This document shows, in pieces, positions 12,388 to 24,579 of a DNA stretch of 64,000 nt. The DNA is from Lingula anatina (taxonomy: Eukaryota; Animalia; Brachiopoda). The stretch is taken from assembly GCA_051362555.1 (NCBI GenBank), contig CM120643.1, positions 14,544,644 to 14,608,643 of the forward strand, in the 5' to 3' direction. Both the position numbers and the translations under genes were made by a program. Numbering within the stretch: position 1 is the first letter of the stretch; every line of letters begins with the position of its first letter. Under the pieces are notes generated by a model. The model did no database searches. It was given only the letters and a program-made list of their open reading frames with translations, and was not told the DNA's origin.

Positions 12388-14353
12388 GTAAGATATAGAA
12401 ATCCGCCATTTTATAAAGATTTTAGCAATTATTACATAGTTATGTCATTCTTTACGTTTATTTTTGATTTTTTAACGTTTTGCATTAATTTTGAAAGTAC
12501 ATAATTGGTATAAGACGTATGATTAGTTGAATGGCAATCACTACAACATCCCCCCTCATTGTCAGTTTCGTAATACTTTACGTAAAGTCAACGTACATAA
12601 ATGTCTTCGTGATACAGTAGTATCAGTACAGACAAGGGGGCATCAGCCGTGGTGAGTTAGCAAGGAATGCGTACGATATTTTGTCTTATTTTGTGTAATT
12701 TACCAAGTGATGATTTTAAGTGATATTAGTCAATTTTGAATAATTCCTGCATCCATAAACCGATATCTGTTAGCAACAGATTAAGCAGAGGTCAGAGTAA
12801 AGAGAAAAATTATTTATTGAAACTGGAATAAAAAAGTAACGCCATTACTTCTTAAGGGATTATTGGACAAATTATGGGCCGTATCTGTCCCTATTCCATA
12901 GACGTGATATCGAATGTGTTCATTATCTTTTACTGATGTTGTGTTTTAAAATAAGTCTAAGACCTCGTCTTCGGCGTCACATATGGACGGAGAAGGTTAC
13001 AGTGATATCACTTTTTTTTAATTTTCTACCTGTGTCCCATACACAAATTGTAAGGGGTTTTATAAACTTTATGTGAATTTATTTATAGTATTCTGACATA
13101 TTTATATCTGCCAGATCAGAACTTAACTTTTGTGAGAGTAGAAAACCCTTGTAGCGTGTTGTCTAATTTGCTATTCGTTTTTAGTATTTTCTTTTTATCG
13201 TGCCTTTTTGTTTTGTTTGTCACAATCTATTCTCTAGTTTTTTGTAAACATACTATGGGTCTATTTCCAGGGCTAATAAAGACAAGCTAAGTGAGAGGAT
13301 ATTGTCAAGAGAATCATCCAGACGCTAGCGAACGCTAGTGAAACTGGGAAGGTTATTATAACGCCCCGTAAGTACACCTATTGTTTTGCGATTCCGCATA
13401 AATTATTTTTTTAATTCTGATCGCTCGAAACGGAGAACTTATTGATGTTGTGTCTTTGTAAAGATGAAACAAAGCAGTTCTGTTTAAGATGAAATCGCTT
13501 TGAAGGTATATCGATTTTAAGTCACGCAGTTGAATTTCTAAAACAACTTGCTATTTTAATATATTCCCATAAACAGCGAATGAACTAGAATGTATCATAT
13601 TTTCTTCGTTTTTTATTATTTTTTCTGTTCGAAAACCGTTCATGAAGATTAAGGCATTAAAAATTTTCAATCCTTGCTAGCGTGCTTAACCACAATTCGC
13701 CTTCATCTTAAATTATGCATACGCAAACTTATTACCTATTCTTGTTAAAAATGCAGATTGTCTGATTCAGATGGCAAGATAAGAGTTCTTGGTTCGGTGT
13801 GAACCGTATATTAAGTGTAAGGTATAATTTGTAAAGATTTTCCGCGTTGTAACAATTGTGCAGTGCAAGGTTGGATGCAAAAATGTATATGAAGTACATT
13901 TCAGACAAAAAACTCCTGGACAAAACTTTGTTTTCATGTCCATCGAATATAAATTAAAGTTTAATATGGCCTATAAATCGCATCACCCGACTTCAAATCT
14001 AGTTAAAAATACAGCGCATGCGCAAAATAATCTAGAATTTCCCGGTCGTGACGTTTATAATGAGGGTATGATACGACTCCCCTCCCCCTTTATTATATCT
14101 TGTAGATAGAAATGAATATATACGCCGTGTAATTTTGCCTCCTCTATCATGCGTTTGTGCAGTCCGTATGTGTCATTCATAAGCAAATTGTTCAGATGTC
14201 TCGAGGAATTATAGATCTGCAGGGAATCTATCTAGATTATGATACGGAGCGTGACAAGGAAAAGTATAGACAACATCAACTTGACAGACATTTTGTCTAA
14301 TCTAATCATGTAAAAACTATGCACGCCGCTTTACCTATGTAGTGTTGGGTCTC

Positions 14354-14518
14354 CAGGCCCGTAGTCAGGGGGCTCCTGGGGGGGGGGGGGTTCGAAAGAC
14401 CCCCCCCCCCCTTTTTTGCCAGGAAAAGGTCCCCTATGTACATGAAGGTTTCATGATAAAAGGTCCACTTTTTAAGAAAAAAAGAAACCCCCTTTTGAAA
14501 TTGCTGGCTACGGGCTTG
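14354..14518. mobile_element. hAT-like MITE with a 5-bp TSD
   Basis: TIR caggcccgtagtcag / ctggctacgggcttg; GTCTC duplicated at 14349-14353 and 14519-14523. Related degenerate ends (ccccttt..gaaattgctg..ctg) at ~31226-31264 and ~38456-38639. Confidence 0.8.
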
Positions 14519-16580
14519 GTCTCTTTTGGTTATCGGTTGAAACAAACGACATTGTTCTTCGGGTGCGGGAAGGAGAAAAAGTTGAATGTCACTGGGTAAG
14601 TCGGGAAGCTCCAGGAACTTCCTTGTTCTGGTGACAGAAAGGGGGGGGGGGTAAAAGTCAACAGTCTTTGTGGGAAATATCATTTCATGTCTTTCTAACA
14701 TCTATTTATCCGACAATCACGAAGTACATTAATTTGAAATGTGCTCATCTCCATTGCAAGATTGATTACCTGATACAGTTATCTGGACATAATTTTTCGA
14801 TGTTTCCAGCGATATCCTATTTTGCCTACTTATTGCTTATTCAAGGTGAATTTTCACATTCATTTTAATTAAGTGGGACCTAATTGAGGTACGTTGATTA
14901 ATGTGGGACATACGCCGACAAAGAAATGCAAATGTGCTGCATTTCATTTATTAAAGAATCTATTCTACATTTTTATGATATCTAAAATTGTGAAAGTTTA
15001 AATTTTTTGTTCATATAAAGGTATAACACTGTCAAGACGAATTCATCACTTTTAGTGAACCTTTTACGCCAATTACCAAAAGAAAGAAAATAAAGGAGTT
15101 TACAAAGAGTGGGTTTTAAGTTCAAATTGAATCGAGATAAGATGTACTGAAACAGGCGCGATGTTTAGACGTTGGAGATTTTATTAACGATATCAGCTGT
15201 TGTAACTTTGGAACAAAGAAAAACAACTTTTGTCTCAGACAATCTAAATTATCACGTGAAATCACTACAGACCAACATAAAAATTAATACCACATAATCG
15301 TCAACCCGCGAAATATGCAGTGGAACAAAATATCTATTAAAATTACAAATTAGCTTGAACATATATAGATAAATCAAAGAGAAATTCCACCGATCAAACG
15401 AGTTCTGGTTTTAAAAGTTATAAATAAAATGCGGCTTGTTACGGGCAGACAGATATGTATCTTTTTTACCCCCGAGGCCACGAAAGTGTGCGTCATTTTG
15501 TATACCTTCCTTCGAGGAGACTAGACCGTAGCCGCCGCGGTGGGGTTTTACATTAAAAGGTGGTATTTTCGATTACAACCCGATTTTTGTATAGATAAAA
15601 ATATGCATCTCTTCTGATTTCTTTTTGATAATGATGACTACTATGCACTGATGATAAGGCTGATACTTTTTGTTATTCGAGAGTAATAAGAATTTTGTGG
15701 TCCAAACGTTTTTATATGTGTGATGACTGGTATGTACGTAAAATATAATAGAAATAAGATGAAATAATTTTTCAACCACTGCCTTTACACGGCTGAAGAC
15801 GGCACTCGTTATTTTATGACAATAACCGAAAAATAAGATCCATCAGTATCACAACAAAACATTTTACACACACACACACACACACACGAAAAAAAATGTA
15901 TAAGAATAAAGCACCATACAAATACAATGTACAAGGGTATTTTAATTCCTTCCCCCAGAATGTAACGAAAGTAAATCACAAAATGTAAAATCCAGTTTGC
16001 GTACTTCGCTTCACTGGATATTCGTTTACCTCGGCAACCAAGGAATGGTGATATTCCTCTAATTATATAAACTTAAGGATATGGACAAAAGAGGTCGCCA
16101 CTACCAAGAGTAGTCTTCCTTGTAATCTATGTTATATATTCTGATCTTATATGTACATGTGCGTTCACACGCACGAGGAAATGGGAGGTTTCGTAATCTC
16201 AGTATAAGATATAAGACCGTTTATACATATGCCGATGTATATATGATGCAGACATTACTTGGGAAGCATTGAAAGAAAATTCATTTTATAAAGAAAACGA
16301 TACTGGGTATTATGTTTTTTTTAGCGTTTTTCAAATTTAATATATTTAAACTTAATTCTTTTTAAAACATGAGATATTCTCGTTCTTGTTATTAACTACG
16401 TAAAACAATAACGTTGTCTATTTAATTTGTCGCTTTAAATAGAATAAAAAGCATAATTTAAAAAAGTAGAAACTAGGCAACTATAATAACTGTTCACCCT
16501 ATTACCTATATATTTACATTATTTCTTACATTTTTTATTTCTCTTTCAGTACAAAAAAAGAAAACAAAGATTTTAAAAAG

Positions 16581-17086
16581 ATGAAACCGAGAACCATCAT
16601 GTTTTCCGCCAAAGAACTGACAATACTGTTGGTATTATGCCACTGTCCAAGACTCATTTTAAGCACACTGGACACAGGGACATCTCTTTATAGTGGACTT
16701 GGCAGCTCTAGCCTATATGCTAGCCCTTACAGCACAAGCGCTTATCAAAGCCCATACGGAAGCGCGAGCAGTTCTTTATTCGGGAGCTCTTTGGGAGGAC
16801 AGTATGGCGGACTGAACAGCCCGTATTCATCATACGGCGGTGGTTACTCCAGTCCCTATTCCTCCAGCCGATACGGTTCATCAAGCAATGCGTACGCTAG
16901 TCCGTATTCCAGCTCGTACAGCAGCCCGTATTCAAGTTCTGGTTATGGCGGATATGGATCGAGCACGTCGTACGGATCTCCCTATGGCGGCTACAACAAT
17001 GGATATGGCAGCGGATACGGCAGTGGATATGGCAGCGGATACGGTGGATATAATACTCCGAGCTTCGGCGTCAGTAACAGAGAAAG
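16581..17086 (+). CDS. Coding exon 1 of the Cys-repeat gene: signal peptide plus S/G/Y low-complexity domain
   Basis: [28 protein letters not shown] (hydrophobic core), then 7 SPY motifs and GYGS repeats; canonical splice sites on both sides. Confidence 0.85.
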
Positions 17087-17149
17087 GTAAATTGAGACCT
17101 GATATGTTTATTTCTTATATTCTTTCTCTCTCTCTTTTTATTTTTTAAA

Positions 17150-17188
<39 letters not shown>

Positions 17189-20100
17189 TTGAGAAAGAGA
17201 GAGAGAGGCTGGTTAAATAAATCGGACTAAGGTTTCCCATACATCTTTGCACTTCGGTTTTCGAAATAAATCGGAATACCATACTTGTACTCTAACATTA
17301 AAACTACGGCTAAGAAAAACTACTAAAGTTTTGATAAAAAATGTTAAGACGGGGGAACTTGGCACTCAGCACGAAGGGGTTGAAGCAGGGGCCTGGTCTG
17401 GCAGTGGAGAAATGATACGTTTGTTAGCTCTAAGCGCCTAATATGGCAGCTGGGCTGTATCCTCCCCAGGGAGGTGAGAGCGACTATAGAGTGCAACAGG
17501 GCCAAAAATGACCAGGATTCTCTGACTTAAATAAATTTCATTAAAAAAATAAATAAATAAAATAAATAAATAAAAAGTATATAAATATATTTTTCGGGTT
17601 GCAATATTTCAATAAAGATTATTATTATATCATAACGGACAGGCGTTTTAATCTGGGACAAAAGTATGTACATGTAGTGTACATTCAGAGGGACAAATGG
17701 AGTATTTAGTTTAATGGCAAATATGCAATATTTTGATAACAGATAAAAAGAGAAGTACACATACACAAGATAAACTGAGTTCGAAAAGATGATGTATTTT
17801 CTAATCGATATTTTTATGTAAAAAACGCGTGCATATTTTTTCTTCAGAATAGTTCATATAAAATAGTAAGTTTGTCTAGAAAACGGAAGTATATTAAATT
17901 TTCATCCACCTTTCAGATGCGGCTATCTCCTCATCAGCACCAGTACCCAGGGATGCTGTGAGAACGTTCCCTACGTCCTGAGCCAGGCTGAATGTTGTAC
18001 AGGCCAAATCCTCCCCCGTGGTCAGTGTCTCGCCGCTCAGGTGGTCTGCGGGGGCATGCTGTACGACCCCCAGTTTAAAGAGTGCTGCGGGAACACCACG
18101 GTGGACATCGGTCTTTGCTGCAGCGGCGCACCCTGCGGTATCTGTAGCGGAGTCAGATTCGACACCACCAGGCGTGAATGTTGCCAAGGTCGACTGGTCG
18201 AGTTCGGCTATTGCTGTGACGGATTCCCTTGTTCGTACTGCGGTAACATTAAGTACAATCCGAACCGAGAAGAGTGCTGCGGCAATCAGCTCGTCCCGAT
18301 AGGTTTTTGCTGCGGCGGAAGACCTTGCTCTATTTGCGGCTCCTATCCATACCAGCCCAACGAACAGGAATGCTGCGGTGATACTACTCCTGTTGAGAAA
18401 GGTTACTGCTGTAATGGCGTAGAGTGCGCCCTCTGTGGTAGAACCAAGTACGACCCAAGGGCCGGGGAGTGCTGCGGGGGTCAGGTAGCTGACAAAGGCA
18501 TGTGCTGCGACGGGTACCCGTGTGGTATTTGCGCCGGACAGAAATTTTTCCCTCAGAATGACGAATGCTGTGGAGCTGCCCTCGTCCCGGTTGGCATGTG
18601 TTGTGACGGTTACCCCTGCGAAGTCTGCGGTGGTTTCAAGTACAACCCACGCGTGCAAGAATGCTGTAACGGCAAACTTGTTCAGCTCGGTATGTGCTGC
18701 GACGGAATCGAATGTTTCGAGTGTGGCCTCGATAAATATAACCCTACTCTTCAGGAGTGCTGCTCTGGTATCATCGTCGAAAAGGGCTTCTGCTGTGACG
18801 GAAAACCTTGCTCCAGCTGCGGGCCACTAATGCTTCAGTACAACCCAGATTCGCAAGAGTGCTGCAATGGTACAGTTGTGACCAATCTCGGGTTCTGCTG
18901 TGACGATCGTCCGTGCCAGGCCTGTGGGTTTGGTCTTTTCAATCCTTTCACCCATGAATGCTGTGGAAACAAGGTCGTGAGAAAAGGCATGTGCTGTGAA
19001 GGAGAGGTTCCCTGCAGACTTTGTAACGATCTCAAATACAGTTACCTCGTGCAAGAGTGCTGCGGCCTTGACCTAGTTAATAAAGGTGACTGTTGCCGTG
19101 GAGTTACATGCGAAGTGTGCGGTATTTATAAATTCAACCCTGTAGAGCAAGAATGCTGTGGCGGGCAAGTTGTAGACAGAGGCGGATGCTGTGACGGAAT
19201 TCCATGTCAAATGTGCGGGCTGGATAAGTACAACCCGAACATCCAAGAATGTTGCGGTGGAACTCTGGTCGAGAGTGGCTTCTGCTGTAATGGAATCCCC
19301 TGCTCAAGCTGTGGTCCGACGAGTCTGCTGTATAACAGAAACACTCACACTTGCTGTGATAACCAGGTGGTCCTGCCTGACATGTGCTGCGATGGTATAC
19401 CATGTGGACTGTGCAGCTCCGCCAAGTACAATCCAGCCCAGCAAGAATGCTGTTCCAACCAACTCGTACCAAGAGGAATGTGCTGTGAAAACGTTCCCTG
19501 TGCATTGTGCGGACAGAATAAGTATCATCCCCAGCGACAGGAATGCTGTGGCCAGACACCAGTTGATCCAGGAATGTGCTGTGAGGGCGGCGTCCCTTGC
19601 GGTGTTTGCCTTAGTACCAAGTACAACCCCACCCGTCAAGAGTGCTGTAACAACAGGCTAGTGGAAGCCGGCTTCTGCTGTGATGGTGTCCCATGTGCCC
19701 TCTGTGGAGACTTCAAGTTTAACCCCAACACACAAGAATGCTGTGGTGGCCAAGTGGTTGAGACCGGGTTCTGCTGCGACGGATTCCCGTGTCAAATCTG
19801 TGGTGATGTCCGTTTCCATCCTCAGCGGCATGAATGCTGTGATTTTGCTCTTGTAGAAGTCGGCAACTGCTGCAATGGTTATCCATGTCAGATTTGCGAC
19901 ACCAAGAAATTTAACCCAAGAGAATTTGATTGCTGCAACGGCCTGATTGTGGGTGCTGGAATGTGCTGTGAGGGGATCCCCTGCTCCCTCTGTGGGGTCA
20001 ACAAATACCACCCACAGAAACAAGAATGTTGCGGAGGAGTTATCCCTGTCCTTCCCGGCATGTGCTGTAATGGCAGGGAGTGTCAAATGTGTAGTGGACT

Positions 20101-23100
20101 GAAGATCGATCCAAGACTTCATGAATGCTGTAATAACCAGGTCGTAGACGCAGGCATGTGCTGTGGTAATGCGTTGTGTGGACTGTGTGGAAGAGAAAAG
20201 TATAACCCTAACCTTCAAGAATGCTGCGGAGGCTCTGTGGTTGAGAAGGGTTACTGCTGCGGTGGAAAACCGTGCGGTATATGTAACGATGCTCTGTTTG
20301 ATGTCGTGACTGAAGAATGCTGTGGAGGTGCTGTAGTCAAGCAGGGAATGTGCTGTAATGGACAGCCTTGCAAACAGTGTGGCTATGGTTTATTCAACCC
20401 CACAACCCATGAATGCTGTGGTACCATGAAAGTAGTGAGAACTGGCATGTGTTGCGATGGTCAACCCTGTGGCCTCTGCGGCTCATACAAGTATAACCCA
20501 CAAGCCCAGGAGTGCTGTGGAGACCGTCTAGTAGAGAGAGGATACTGTTGCAATGGCTATGTCTGCTCGACATGCGGCGTTTACAAATACAATGCAGTGG
20601 ACCAAGAATGCTGTGGCCAAAACCTGGTGGTTGATAAAGGCATGTGCTGTGATGGCAATGCTTGCTTGATGTGTGGTCTGGACAAATACAACCCTGCAGT
20701 CCAGGAATGCTGTGGTGGTGCCCTGATAGAGAAAGGCTATTGCTGTGAAGGAGTTCCATGTGGAATCTGTGTAGACTTGATGTTCAACCCACAAACCCAT
20801 GAATGCTGCGGTTCTAATATTGTAGAGAAGGGGATGTGCTGTGATGGGTTCCGCTGCTCCATGTGCGGCACCTTCAAGTATCACCCTAAAAAACAGGAGT
20901 GCTGCGACAACAAGCTGGTTCCTTTTGGTATGTGCTGTGATGGCTATCCATGCTCTCTGTGTGCCGAGAATAAGTATAATCCTCTTGCTCTCGAGTGTTG
21001 TGGATCTCAGCTAACCGGGCGTGGGATGTGCTGCAATGGGCTACCATGCCAGAGATGTGGCGGAATCAAATACCATCCTCTCAAGCAGGACTGTTGTGCA
21101 GGAGGTTTGGTCCCATATGGTATGTGCTGTGCGGACAAACTTTGCCAGTTTTGTGGGGAAGCCAAATACAACCCACTCGAACAAGACTGCTGTGGTGGCC
21201 AACTTGTCAGGAAAGGACTGTGCTGTGAGGGAGTGCCCTGCTCTGTCTGTGCTGAAAACCAGTTGTACAACCCAGCCAAATTTGACTGCTGTGATGGGCG
21301 TCTGGTGAACGCTGGCTTCTGCTGTCACGGCGTGCCTTGCCAGGTGTGTGGTGACAAGCTGTTTAATCCACAGGATCAAGAGTGCTGTGGCACAAGCCTT
21401 GTGACCCCAGGACTTTGTTGTGAGGGTACCCCATGTGAGAAATGTGGCGACCAGCTTTTTAGCCCAAAGAAGCAGGAGTGCTGTGCAAACTACCTCGTCC
21501 CACTGGGCATGTGCTGTGACAACTACCCCTGCTCATTATGTGGTCCAGAAGACACCAAGTATAACAGACACAAGAAAGAATGCTGTGGAGGAGAGGTGGT
21601 CCTATTTGGTGGATGCTGTGAGGGAGTGCCATGTGCAATGTGCAGAGATCTAAAATACAACCCACAAACCCATGGTTGCTGTAGCGGTCAGTTAGTTCAG
21701 TATGGTTTCTGCTGCAATGGAGTGCCCTGTGCCATGTGCTATGATGAAAAATTCAATCCACAGACCCATGAGTGCTGTGATAAAATAGTGACCGAGTCAG
21801 GCATGTGCTGCGATGGTCTTCCATGTGGTATATGTAACGGCATCAAGTATGACACAGCCAAGCAAGAGTGCTGTGGAGGCCAACTTGTTCGAAAAGGTTT
21901 TTGCTGTGATAACGCCCCATGCCAGATGTGTGGAGACCAGAAATTCAGCCCTGTCAAGCAAGAATGCTGTGCCTTTAATCTTGTACCAGTTGGCATGTGC
22001 TGCGATGGTTATCCATGCGACATCTGCGTCAATGAAAAGTACAATCCACACAAGAGTGAATGTTGTGGTAATGAGCTTGTTGCCTATGGTATGTGCTGCA
22101 GCGGCTTGCCTTGCGCCATGTGTAAAGAGCAGAGGTTCGATCCAAGAGAAAAGGAATGCTGTGGTGACGTCCTTGTAGAGCCAGGCACCTGCTGTGAGGG
22201 TGTACCATGTGGTCTTTGTAACAACAGAGTGTATCATCCACTTAAACAAGAATGCTGTGGCAGCACTATTGTAAATAAAGGCTTCTGCTGTGAGGGATTT
22301 GTCTGTGGATACTGTGGTGATTACAAATTCAACCCTAACACATACGAATGCTGCGGTAACTCTGTGGTCAAGAAAGGTTTTTGCTGTGATGGCGTTGAAT
22401 GCCAAATCTGCAGTGGTAAAAAATACCATCCACAGAAGCAAGAATGTTGTGGTGGCACTCTGGTGGAATTTGGCATGTGTTGTGGTGGTGTCTTGTGCCA
22501 GACTTGCGGTGAATTTAAATACAACCCTATCAACTATGAATGCTGTTATGGCCGACCAGTTGAAAAAGGTTTCTGCTGTGAGGGTTCACTTTGCGTTGAC
22601 TGTGGTGGGTTTAAATTCAACCCTTACTTTGAAGAGTGCTGCGAAGGTAACCCAATGAGAATCGGTTTCTGTTGCGGTGGAAACAAGTGCCCGACGTGCG
22701 GAAACCAGCCTTTCGATCCAACACGTCACGAGTGCTGTGGGCGCAGAGTCGTTGGACTTGGTCTGTGCTGCGGTGGCGTAGAATGTGTACAGTGTGGCAA
22801 CAACAAGTATAACCCAGTGAGTCAGGAATGCTGTGGGGGTGCTGTCACGGAGAAAGGCAACTGCTGCAATGGAGCACCATGTCAGATTTGCCGAAACGTG
22901 AAATACAACCCCTTGGTGAATGAATGCTGCGCTGGTAATCTTGTCCCAGCAGGTGACTGTTGCAATGGAAGCCCATGCTCAACCTGTGGTATCTCAAGAT
23001 TCGACCCTACTGTCTCCGAATGTTGTGCCGGCACAGTGGTAGATATAGGCATGTGTTGCAACGGCGTGGTATGCGGTGTGTGCAGTGATGTGAAATTCAA

Positions 23101-24352
23101 CCCCACCGTTCAAGAATGCTGTGGCACATCTTTGGTGCTGCCAGGCAGCTGCTGTGGCGGAGTCGAATGCGGGATATGTGGCTTCTACAAATTCAACCCA
23201 GTTCTGGAAGAGTGTTGTGACAACAGGAGAGTGACACCTAAAGGCCTGTGCTGTGGTGGCTTTGAATGTGGTCTTTGCGGTGGTGTGGCCTATCCACCTC
23301 AGTCGCAAGAATGCTGCTCTGGCCAAATCGTTGATCTAGGTTTCTGCTGTAATGGCGCACCATGCATCCTGTCTTCTAGCGGATCAGTGATTGGAGAAAC
23401 TGGCACACCTGGTGGCAACTCCATAGCAACTGAAGCTTCCTGTTTGGGCGTGGCTTATGACAGTGGGACCCAAGAGTGCTGCAATGGCCAGGTGGTTCCA
23501 GCCGGTCAGTGCGTCCTGACCCCTCCAGTTCAACCAAACACGGGCAACCAGATCCTACAGAAGTGCGGTGGAGCCAGCTACGATCCTTCTGTGAATGAGT
23601 GCTGTGCTGAGGTCTTGGTAGAGAGAGGCATGTGTTGCGATGGTTGGCCGTGCCGACTCTGTGGCACCGTCAAATACAACCCAACTGTTACCGAGTGTTG
23701 TGGTGATCTTTTGGTGGACGTTGGTCAGTGTTGTAATGGCCAGGCATGCCAAATAGTCCAAGTTGAACGATGCGGTGCTGACACATTCGATCCGACTTCT
23801 CAAGAGTGTTGTGGTGGTAGGGTCGTTCCAATGAACTTCTGCTGCGATGGTGCAATCTGCGACACATGCGGAGGACAGAAATACAGTCCCGTGACCCGTG
23901 AATGCTGCGGAACCACCATTGTTGAGAAGGGCTTCTGCTGTAGTGGGAACATACCATGTAAGCAGTGTGGCTCCCAGCTGTATGGCCAAGGAAAAGGCTG
24001 CTGCGCTGGTGTAATCTTTGACCTAGCCTCGCAGCTCTGCTGTGGAAATGAAGTCACAGACTCCGATACCCATTACTGCTGTGATGGCAAAGTCTGTCAC
24101 AACGATGGTGACACCCCACCATCTGGCGGCAGAGATCCAACCACCTGTGGTACTTACAACATCAATGTTGCCGTGGAAGGTTGCTGTGGTGATAAACCAT
24201 ACTATAAACGTGATCAAGTCTGCTGTAACAATAACATCCGGTCCAGGTCGACCTGGGAATGCTGCCAGCACCCGTCTGGGTACCAGGTTCCTTTGCCAAT
24301 GGCAAGTGGCGGCTGCAAGTCGTTAAATTTCCCTGTGGTCCAGCCAGCATGA
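16581..24352 (+). CDS. Giant secreted Cys-rich tandem-repeat protein (galaxin-like di-cysteine repeats) with an N-terminal Ser/Gly/Tyr-rich domain; 2 coding exons, ~2313 aa
   Basis: Coding exon 16581-17086 (acceptor tttcag before 16550, donor AG|gtaaat) splices in phase 2 to 17917-24352 (acceptor ctttcag). The junction reads NRER-CGYLL and runs into the 2103-aa ORF without a stop. 506+6436=6942 nt. Repeat consensus CxxCGxxK(Y/F)NPxxQECCGGxxVxxGxCCxGxP. Confidence 0.88.
17376..17520 (+). mobile_element. SINE body fragment in the intron of the Cys-repeat gene
   Basis: GC-rich island containing atggcagctgggctgtatcctccccagggag, recalled as a conserved central SINE-domain motif of marine invertebrates (unverified). 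Confidence 0.45.
17917..24352 (+). CDS. Coding exon 2 of the Cys-repeat gene: ~60 galaxin-like Cys-rich repeats
   Basis: 6.4-kb stop-free frame, ~96-nt periodicity, 6 Cys per unit; TGA at 24350-24352. Confidence 0.93.
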
Positions 24353-24579
24353 TCAACAGTGGTGAAAGGTGGGTGTGGCTGTTTTTAATATGGTTATTTC
24401 AGAAAATTTGGAAATTATATTTGAAGCATGATTTAATTATTCTTTTTTGTATTAGGATACATAATGTTTCTGCAAGTTATTTTCGCAAAGAAATATCACT
24501 TTATTAAAAAAAAACTCCTAAAATTCCTTTTTTTCCTATTTTATGATTTACTCTTATGATTGTTTTTTTCTCTCCTCAG

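Noticed and set aside
18041-24352. Calling the gene usherin, metallothionein or a keratin-associated protein, or starting it at 18041
   Set aside because: No laminin or FN3 domains, it has a signal-peptide exon, and its size and spacing differ. 18041 is an internal GTG (Val); the frame extends back to the acceptor at 17917.
17894-24507. Many overlapping and antisense ORFs within the Cys-repeat exon (e.g. 17894-18658, 21797-22441)
   Set aside because: Shadows of the repetitive sense frame (TAAFL patterns are antisense QECC); no independent gene signals.
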